Shown here: positions 35,461 to 42,265 of the stretch, one piece after another
How the letters are laid out: every line of letters begins with the position of its first letter
How positions within the stretch are numbered: the stretch's first letter is position 1
Translations under genes and position numbers: made by a program
From: Chitinophagales bacterium
Lineage (GTDB): Bacteria; Bacteroidota; Bacteroidia; Chitinophagales; UBA8649
DNA length: 64,000 nucleotides
Assembly (NCBI GenBank): GCA_020635975.1
Contig: JACJYT010000008.1
Span: 2,443 to 66,442, forward strand
Direction: 5' to 3'
Notes under the pieces: model-generated
Databases searched by the model: none
Seen by the model: only the letters and a program-made list of their open reading frames with translations
Told to the model about the DNA's origin: nothing

Positions 35461-37716
35461 TTAACGTTGCGCATCCGTTACGGCTATGCTAACTACATTA
35501 AGAATTTCTCTAACTGAAGAACCAATTTGAAGTACATGAACTGGTTTTTTCATACCCAAAAGGAGAGGCCCAATCGACTCTACCTTAGCCATTTCTTGAA
35601 TGAGCTTATAAGCAATATTTCCAGAGGAAAGATTAGGGAAAATTAGAGTGTTAGCACTTTTCTTAGCTAGGTCCGAAAAGTTAAAGAAATCGTTAACCAA
35701 CTCTGTATTAAGTGCAAAATTTGCCTGAATTTCGCCATCTGCTATTAAGTCCTTTTGTTCTTCATGCAAGAGTCTTGCCGCTTCTCTCATTTTAAGCGCA
35801 TCATCGCCTTCGTTAGATCCGAAGTTAGAATAAGAGAGTAGGGCTAAGCGTGGTTCAATTTTTAGTCGTTTTACTGCTTTCGCAACAAGTAGGCTAATAT
35901 CTGCAATTTCTCGAGCACTAGGATTGATATTTACGGTGGTATCTGCAAAGAAAAAGGGTCCGTCTTTGGTAATGATGATGTACATTCCCGCAATTTTTGA
36001 AACGCCTTCTTCTACTCCAATTACCTGCAAAGCTGGCTTAATTGCAGTGGCATAGTTTCTAGTTAAACCAGAAATCAAAGCATCCGCATCGCCAGTTTCC
36101 ACCATGGCCGACCCAAAGTAATTTCTTTCATGCATTAATTTTTCCGCTTCAAAGAGAGTTAATCCACGACGTTTTCTTTTCTCAAAAAGTATTTTAGCAT
36201 AAGCACTTCGTCGCTCTTTTTCGCTTCTTTCTCTAGGGTCAATTATAGTACATTCAAAATTTAAGCTATATTCCGACATCATAGAATGAATAAGCTCCTT
36301 ATTTCCTAAAAGTATAGGTAGTGCAATGCCTTCGTCGGCCGCAAGATATGCTGCTTTCAAAATTTTGTAATTATCGGCTTCGGCAAAAACTACGCGTTTT
36401 GGTTTTTTCTTTGCTCTTTGCGTGATGTTCTTAATCAACTTATTATCTAAGCCGAGTCTGTTTTTTAGCTCTAGTTCGTATTTATCCCAATCTTTAATGG
36501 GCGATTTAGCCACACCGCTTTCCATAGCCGCTTTGGCTACGGCTGGAGCAATGGTATAAATCAAGCGAGGATCTAAGGGTTTTGGAATAATTAAATCTTT
36601 CCCGAAACTTAAATTTCTTTCTCCATAGGCTTCATTTACTTCTTCTGGAACGGTAGCTTTTGCCAGGTCGGCTATAGCTCGAACAGCAGCTAATTTCATC
36701 GACTCATTTATACAAGATGCTCTAACATCTAGAGCTCCTCTAAAAATAAAAGGGAAACCTAAGACATTATTCACTTGATTAGGATGGTCGCTTCTTCCCG
36801 TTGCCAAAATAATATCTTCTCTCGATTCGATAGCCTCTTTGTAAGCAATTTCGGGATCCGGGTTCGCCAAGGCAAAAACTATGGGTGAGGATGCCATAGA
36901 TTTTACCATCTTCTTGCTCACTACATTTCCTTTAGATAAGCCTAAAAAAACATCCGCACCTTGCATCGCCTCTTCTAGACTCAAATCTTTTCCCTCTCGT
37001 GCGAACAAGGCTTTGTGCTCATCCAGATTTTTGCGGTCTTTGGTTAAGAGTCCTTTAGAATCGAACATATAAACATGCTTTGGGTTTACTCCGAGACTTA
37101 AATAAAGTTTAGCACATGATATGGCAGACGCACCAGCTCCGTTGATGACTACCTTTACTTTTTCAATTTTTTTATTGGCTAGTTCTAGCGCATTTAGCAG
37201 GGCTGCTGAAGAAATAATGGCGGTACCATGTTGATCGTCGTGCATTACTGGGATGTCTAATTCTGCTTTAAGTCGTCTTTCTATTTCGAAAGCTTCTGGA
37301 GCCTTAAGATCTTCCAAATTTATACCTCCAAAAGTGGGGGAGATGGCTTTTACCGTTTTGACAAATGCATCCACATCGGTTTCATTAACCTCAATGTCGA
37401 AAACATCAATATCGGCAAATATTTTAAAGAGTAAGCCTTTACCTTCCATCACGGGTTTGGAAGCTTCAGCACCTAAATCTCCTAAGCCGAGTACTGCAGT
37501 TCCATTCGAGATTACTGCCACTAAATTACCCTTGGCGGTATATTCGTATACCGTGTCGGGATTTTTGGCAATTTCAATGCAGGGTTCAGCCACACCTGGC
37601 GAGTAGGCAAGCGCTAAATCGCGTTGGGTACTAGTTGGTTTAGAGGGAATTACCTCAATTTTTCCCTTTCTACCCTGACTGTGATAGTCGAGGGCTTCGG
37701 CACGTTTTGATTTCAT
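35461..37716 (-). CDS. maeB: NADP-dependent malic enzyme (malic enzyme + PTA-like C-terminal domain)
   Basis: 751 aa. The N-terminal malic enzyme domains include LALAYSPGVAEPC and INGAGASAISC. The C-terminal half is phosphate-acetyltransferase-like. Confidence 0.9.
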   Translation of the reverse strand: MKSKRAEALDYHSQGRKGKIEVIPSKPTSTQRDLALAYSPGVAEPCIEIAKNPDTVYEYTAKGNLVAVISNGTAVLGLGDLGAEASKPVMEGKGLLFKIFADIDVFDIEVNETDVDAFVKTVKAISPTFGGINLEDLKAPEAFEIERRLKAELDIPVMHDDQHGTAIISSAALLNALELANKKIEKVKVVINGAGASAISCAKLYLSLGVNPKHVYMFDSKGLLTKDRKNLDEHKALFAREGKDLSLEEAMQGADVFLGLSKGNVVSKKMVKSMASSPIVFALANPDPEIAYKEAIESREDIILATGRSDHPNQVNNVLGFPFIFRGALDVRASCINESMKLAAVRAIADLAKATVPEEVNEAYGERNLSFGKDLIIPKPLDPRLIYTIAPAVAKAAMESGVAKSPIKDWDKYELELKNRLGLDNKLIKNITQRAKKKPKRVVFAEADNYKILKAAYLAADEGIALPILLGNKELIHSMMSEYSLNFECTIIDPRERSEKERRSAYAKILFEKRKRRGLTLFEAEKLMHERNYFGSAMVETGDADALISGLTRNYATAIKPALQVIGVEEGVSKIAGMYIIITKDGPFFFADTTVNINPSAREIADISLLVAKAVKRLKIEPRLALLSYSNFGSNEGDDALKMREAARLLHEEQKDLIADGEIQANFALNTELVNDFFNFSDLAKKSANTLIFPNLSSGNIAYKLIQEMAKVESIGPLLLGMKKPVHVLQIGSSVREILNVVSIAVTDAQR

Positions 37717-37822
37717 ATAAGTTTGCTTTGGTAGTGTAAAGATAAGAATTGCTTACTAGCTCTGAGCAAAGCGCTAAGCTTTATCTGTCCACTTCTCCAA
37801 AAGCTGTACGGTTTGGAATCGA

Positions 37823-38212
37823 CTAAGACTTAGAATCAGTATGTTTTATAGGCTCATAAAGGGCAAAGCGATTTCCTTCTGTATCTAGAAATTGTGCCAT
37901 GTAGCCTACATGTTCTGAAATTAGTCTTCGTGGCATCAGAACTTTTCCTCCGGCTCCTTCTACTTTGTTTAAAACCGTATCTAAATTCTCTCCTCCATTT
38001 AAATAAACTAGAGGTCCTTCGGTTCCAGGTTTTAAATAATCTTCCTGTACAATTGCGCCTCCAATTGCTTCGCCTTCATGCGGGAAAAATGCGTGTTTTA
38101 CTCCTTCCATTTCAGAATAGTGCATTTTTACATCTAAAATGCATTCATAAAATTTGCGACAACGATCGAAGTCGAGGGCTGGAATTTCAAACCAAGTAAC
38201 TATGCTTTTCAT
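37823..38212 (-). CDS. VOC (glyoxalase/bleomycin-resistance) family protein
   Basis: 129 aa. WFEIPALDFDRCRKFYE and the overall size are typical of single-domain VOC proteins. Confidence 0.7.
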   Translation of the reverse strand: MKSIVTWFEIPALDFDRCRKFYECILDVKMHYSEMEGVKHAFFPHEGEAIGGAIVQEDYLKPGTEGPLVYLNGGENLDTVLNKVEGAGGKVLMPRRLISEHVGYMAQFLDTEGNRFALYEPIKHTDSKS

Positions 38213-38252
38213 CTGCTTTTGTTTAGTTTAAGTTTGAAGATAAGAAAAGTGA

Positions 38253-38404
38253 ATTAGAGAAATAGAAAAATAGAGAAATAGAGAAATAGAGAAATAGAAA
38301 AATAGAGAAATAGATGACTAGATTACTAGTCGACTAGAACAACAGTCGAACAGTCGTATGTCTAAAAATCTAAAAGTCTAAAAGTCTGGCAGTCTAAAAA
38401 TCCC
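38253..38404. repeat. 8-bp-period degenerate tandem array 1 (19 units)
   Basis: Hand-phased with no indels: attagaga aatagaaa aatagaga x3 aatagaaa aatagaga aatagatg actagatt actagtcg actagaac aacagtcg x2 tatgtcta aaaatcta aaagtcta aaagtctg gcagtcta aaaatccc. Confidence 0.9.
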
Positions 38405-38500
38405 CCCCCTCTAACTCCCCCCTTGAAAAGTGGGGAGGACGGTTTTCAATACTCACCGTCATTGCGATGAGGTGCTAGCCGAAGAAGCAATCTCATGTTA
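38401..38500. repeat. structured GC-rich element: C-run/G-run hairpin related to the leuS cassette arms, a second hairpin, and a Bacteroidota SLRGA..RRSNL-type repeat fragment
   Basis: C8 run at 38402-38409. Stem CTCCCC (38415-20)/GGGGAG (38432-37). Stem GACGGT (38438-43)/ACCGTC (38455-60). tcattgcgatgaggtgctagccgaagaagcaatctc reads SLR*GASRRSNL. Confidence 0.5.
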
Positions 38501-38525
38501 TATATGATTCACACTCTTAACAAGT

Positions 38526-38735
38526 TTAATCGTTATTTTTCTTCAATCGCATCTTTTCATTTTTGCCTTGACGCAAAAACGAAACAAAAAAGTCAAGACT
38601 GATGATTAAAAAGCTAAAAAGGAGTAAATACAACTGAAGAATCTCTAATGCTTCGCCTAGATCTTCAATACTTTCTTTGATAAGTTGAACCAACTCCCGT
38701 TGTATTAACTCCTTTTCTTAACGCTTTTTACTCAT
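38526..38735 (-). pseudogene. small tail-anchored-type ORF interrupted by an in-frame TAA at codon 6 (or a 55-codon TTG-started ORF)
   Basis: Own translation: MSKKR*EKELIQRELVQLIKESIEDLGEALEILQLYLLLFSFLIISLDFFVSFLRQGKNEKMRLKKNND*. No family recognised. Confidence 0.25.
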
Positions 38736-38768
38736 AGGTCGAGAAGATAGAATTAGAAAAAAAGGAAA

Positions 38769-38848
38769 ATTACAGAATTAGATGACTAGTAGACTAGAAT
38801 AAATGTCGAACAGTCGACAAATCGAATCATCGAATAATCGACAAATCG
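38769..38848. repeat. 8-bp-period degenerate tandem array 2 (10 units)
   Basis: attacaga attagatg actagtag actagaat aaatgtcg aacagtcg acaaatcg aatcatcg aataatcg acaaatcg. It abuts the stop codon of the 38850..40355 gene. Confidence 0.85.
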
Positions 38849-38849
38849 A

Positions 38850-40355
38850 TCAATCCACCAACATCCTCTCCATCCCAACTCTTCTTCCTCCATCATATAC
38901 TCCTACAAAATAAACGCCTGCTGCAAACTTGCTGATATCGATAATTTGCTTGCCAGAATATTGAGGCAAGGACATAGAAAACACTTTTTCTCCTAATAGG
39001 TTATGAATCTGTAAAACCGCTTCGCTCTTGCTTTGCCATGGCAAGAAACCGTAATCTATTTCTACATAAGTACTAGCGGGGTTGGGTTGGAGTAAAATTT
39101 CTATTGGGGTGCTTAGCTCTTTTATGCCCACTCCAAGCGTATCGCAAGCACTGCCGGTTAAAGCGCCTAGGCGGTAGTTGGGGAAGTTTGGTAGACCATC
39201 TGAGCCATCTCTAGGAATAGGTATTTTTACTTCGAAATCACAAGAAACACCATATTCATTTGGATTATGAATAATGTGTATTTCGTTAATCCAACTTCCT
39301 CCTCCTACAATTATTTCTCCTGTTGGAGCCAATTGCATTGATAAAAATAAACGATCTAAAGTAGTGGCTGTGTCTCTATTATGTATTAATTGTTTAGATA
39401 AAATTATATCTTCAATATTTAAGTCATATTGAAATAATCTACCTCCTGTTGCCACATACAAAAATCGATTATTTGGTGCAATTGAGACACTGCCACTATA
39501 TTCATTAGTAAAGTTAATACCAAATTCACTCAGTGGAATCTGTCTTGGGTTACTCAACAAACCACTACAGCGATCAAAATCAAAGATTTCTACGCCATCT
39601 TTTATACTACCTCTTACAAATAAGCTACCGTCGGGACTAAAGAGACTTTGTCCGCCATCTGCATAAAAACTTTTCACACCGAGACATTGTTTATGCACCT
39701 GCATTATAGTATCTGGCGAATACAACAAGGTGTAATAACAATTACTTCCTCCCTCGCTAGCCATAATCCACCAGTCCCTTCCATTACCATGGCGGCAGGC
39801 TGCTATACCTGAAGTATTCATGGTATCTTCTATTAAAGAATTATTTTTACCTTCTATATAGTAATTATTAGTGTTTTTTGTAATCTTAGAATAAAGAAGT
39901 TCGACTCCCACCCCGTAGTCTAAATTAGGAAATACGTAACTATTTGTATCTTCTCTTAAATGAAAAAGTAGATGGCCATTATCATTCAAGGATTTTAAGA
40001 AGATAGCACCATTCCTTGAAGTATATGCACCTGCTGGGATTCCGTCAAATAGCTCCCATATGTAACCATAATTTATCGAATCGCCATTTTCGATTATATT
40101 GCCCAGATTATCATAAATGGCGGCTCCTCCAGTGAATAAAAGTAAATTTCCCGAGCTATCACTTATACTAGCATTGGTTATATGAATTCTTAGAGAAGAA
40201 TCGGGATTTAAGGTACTAAGACTATAGTCTGTTTCCGTAAAATTTATTTGATTCAGCGTTCCAGAACCTAGCAACCATGTATAATCTTCTTTTTGGCTGT
40301 AACCTAGTAGACATAAGAAGTAAGACAGAAGGTATAGAACTAGCCTTTTATTCAT
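38850..40355 (-). CDS. T9SS cargo protein, paralog A (beta-propeller-like, RHGNGRDWW motif, C-terminal sorting domain)
   Basis: Signal peptide and a C-terminal LLQPNPASTYVEIDY...AGVYFVGVYDGG T9SS type-A CTD. Mosaic paralog of 40526..42016. Confidence 0.8.
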   Translation of the reverse strand: MNKRLVLYLLSYFLCLLGYSQKEDYTWLLGSGTLNQINFTETDYSLSTLNPDSSLRIHITNASISDSSGNLLLFTGGAAIYDNLGNIIENGDSINYGYIWELFDGIPAGAYTSRNGAIFLKSLNDNGHLLFHLREDTNSYVFPNLDYGVGVELLYSKITKNTNNYYIEGKNNSLIEDTMNTSGIAACRHGNGRDWWIMASEGGSNCYYTLLYSPDTIMQVHKQCLGVKSFYADGGQSLFSPDGSLFVRGSIKDGVEIFDFDRCSGLLSNPRQIPLSEFGINFTNEYSGSVSIAPNNRFLYVATGGRLFQYDLNIEDIILSKQLIHNRDTATTLDRLFLSMQLAPTGEIIVGGGSWINEIHIIHNPNEYGVSCDFEVKIPIPRDGSDGLPNFPNYRLGALTGSACDTLGVGIKELSTPIEILLQPNPASTYVEIDYGFLPWQSKSEAVLQIHNLLGEKVFSMSLPQYSGKQIIDISKFAAGVYFVGVYDGGRRVGMERMLVD

Positions 40356-40388
40356 GAAATTAAATATAGATAATATTTTTTTGAGAGA

Positions 40389-40524
40389 AATGGATAATTA
40401 GAAAAATAGATAATTAGAAAAATAGAGAATTAGATAATTAGATGACTAGTTTACTAGTCGACTAGAACAACAGTCGAACAGTCGAATAGTCGACAAATCG
40501 AACCATCGAATCATCGACAAATCG
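40389..40524. repeat. 8-bp-period degenerate tandem array 3 (17 units)
   Basis: aatggata attagaaa aatagata attagaaa aatagaga attagata attagatg actagttt actagtcg actagaac aacagtcg x2 aatagtcg acaaatcg aaccatcg aatcatcg acaaatcg. No indels. Confidence 0.9.
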
Positions 40525-40525
40525 A

Positions 40526-42016
40526 TCAATCCACAATCAATTTTTCCATCCCAACTCTTCTTCCTCTATCATATACCCCAACAAAATAAACGCCCGCTGC
40601 AAACTTGCTGATATCGATAATTTGCTTACCAGAATATTGCGGCAAGGACATAGAAAACACTTTTTCTCCTAATAGGTTATGAATCTGTAAAACCGCTTCG
40701 CTCTTGCTTTGCCATGGGAAGAAACCATAATCTACTTCTACAAAAGTGCTTGCTGGGTTGGGTTGGAGTAAAATTTCTATTGGGGCGCTTAGCTCTGTTA
40801 TCCCCACTCCAAGCGTATCGCAGGCACTGCCCGTGAGTGCTCCAAGGCGGTAGTTGGGGAAGTTGGGGAGACCATAAGAACCAGGACGAAGAAGCGGGAC
40901 TTTCACTTCTAAATTACAAGCCACCCCAGCTTGGTCTGGTTGGTGAATAATGTGAAATTTAGATTGCTCTCCAGCACTTATAAATATCTCTCCATTTGGA
41001 GCAATTTGAGATGTTGCAAAGCCATAATTTTGAAGTGTCGCTGTATCCGAATTATGAATTAAAATTTGAGAAGCAAGAATATCCTCACTTTCTAAATCAT
41101 ATTGAAGTATTCTTGCTGAGGAAATCAAATATAAAAATCGGTTATTGGAAGAGACCGCCACCGCTCCAACTGCTAAATTAGATATGCTTAATTCTAATTC
41201 ACTTATAGGAATCTGTCTTGGGTTACTCAACAAACCACTGCAGCGATCAAAATCAAAGATTTCTACACCATCTTTTACACTGCCTCTTATAAATAAGCTA
41301 CCATCGGGACTAAAGAGGCTTTGTCCGCCATCTGTGTAAAAACTCTTCACGCCAAGACATTGTTTATGCACTTGCACTATGGTATCTGGAGAATACAACA
41401 AGGTGTAATAACAATTACTCCCTCCCTCGCTAGCCATAATCCACCAGTCCCTTCCATTACCATGGCGGCAGGCAGTTACGCCTGAATTAAGTAAAGTGTC
41501 CGATACTAAAGAAACGTTCTTTTCCGTAACGGTTAAATCATTAGTGGATACTTTAGTATATGAAATTTCACTACCTAAGCCAGAGTAGTTATTGATGTTT
41601 ACAAAAGTATCTCCTTTTAGATGTAATAATAGAAAAGAATTGTCTTCAGATAAAGATTTTATAAACATGGCTCCATTGACAGCTCTGTACGTCCCAGGGG
41701 TAACTGATGATTGTTCCCAAAAATACCCGTAGTTTATCGAATCGCCATTTTCGATTATATTTCCTAGATTATCATAAATAGCTGTACCTCCAGAGAATAA
41801 AAGTAAATTCCCAGAGCTATCACCTAAACTAGCATTGGTGATATGAATTCTTAGAGAAGAATCGGGATTTAAGGTGCTAAGACTAAAGTCTGTTTCCGTA
41901 AAATTTATTTGATTCAGCGTGCCAGAACCTAGCAACCAAGTATAATCTTCTTTTTGACTGTAACTTAGTAGACAAAAGAAGTAAGATAGGAGGTATAGAA
42001 CTAGGCTTTTATTCAT
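40526..42016 (-). CDS. T9SS cargo protein, paralog B
   Basis: Same architecture as paralog A. The N-terminal ~100 aa, the central RHGNGRDWWIMASEGGSNCYYTLLYSPDTI..block and the CTD are nearly identical, and the segments between them are divergent. Confidence 0.8.
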   Translation of the reverse strand: MNKSLVLYLLSYFFCLLSYSQKEDYTWLLGSGTLNQINFTETDFSLSTLNPDSSLRIHITNASLGDSSGNLLLFSGGTAIYDNLGNIIENGDSINYGYFWEQSSVTPGTYRAVNGAMFIKSLSEDNSFLLLHLKGDTFVNINNYSGLGSEISYTKVSTNDLTVTEKNVSLVSDTLLNSGVTACRHGNGRDWWIMASEGGSNCYYTLLYSPDTIVQVHKQCLGVKSFYTDGGQSLFSPDGSLFIRGSVKDGVEIFDFDRCSGLLSNPRQIPISELELSISNLAVGAVAVSSNNRFLYLISSARILQYDLESEDILASQILIHNSDTATLQNYGFATSQIAPNGEIFISAGEQSKFHIIHQPDQAGVACNLEVKVPLLRPGSYGLPNFPNYRLGALTGSACDTLGVGITELSAPIEILLQPNPASTFVEVDYGFFPWQSKSEAVLQIHNLLGEKVFSMSLPQYSGKQIIDISKFAAGVYFVGVYDRGRRVGMEKLIVD

Positions 42017-42049
42017 GAAATTAAATATAGATAATATTTTTTTGAGAGA

Positions 42050-42265
42050 AATGGATAATTAGAAAAATAGAAAAATAGAGAAATAGATAATTAGAGAAAT
42101 AGAAAAATAGAGAATTAGATGACTAGATTACTAGTCGACTAGAACAACAGTCGAACAGTCGAATAGTCGACAAATCGAATCATCGAATCATCGACAAATC
42201 GAACCATCGAATAGTCGAAAAATCGACAAATCGAACCATCGAACAGTCGAAAGATCGACAAATCT
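42050..42265. repeat. 8-bp-period degenerate tandem array 4 (27 units)
   Basis: aatggata attagaaa aatagaaa aatagaga aatagata attagaga aatagaaa aatagaga attagatg actagatt actagtcg actagaac aacagtcg x2 aatagtcg acaaatcg aatcatcg x2 acaaatcg aaccatcg aatagtcg aaaaatcg acaaatcg aaccatcg aacagtcg aaagatcg acaaatct. The last unit overlaps the M16 peptidase stop codon. Confidence 0.9.

Noticed and set aside
37253-37606. 117-aa antisense ORF in maeB. Similar antisense ORFs occur in dnaX (45536..45910), the M16 peptidase, GH2 and other genes.
   Set aside because: They have Ser/Leu-rich low-information composition and are nested in strongly supported genes on the other strand.
38402-38409. The C8 homopolymer as a phase-variation switch.
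   Set aside because: It lies inside a GC-rich hairpin element, not between promoter boxes or within a coding frame I can support. I keep it only as part of the repeat element description.
38253-42265. Possible CRISPR arrays, because the intergenic DNA is regularly repeated.
   Set aside because: The period is only 8 bp with no repeat-spacer structure, and there are no cas genes in the window. These are tandem micro-repeats, not CRISPR.
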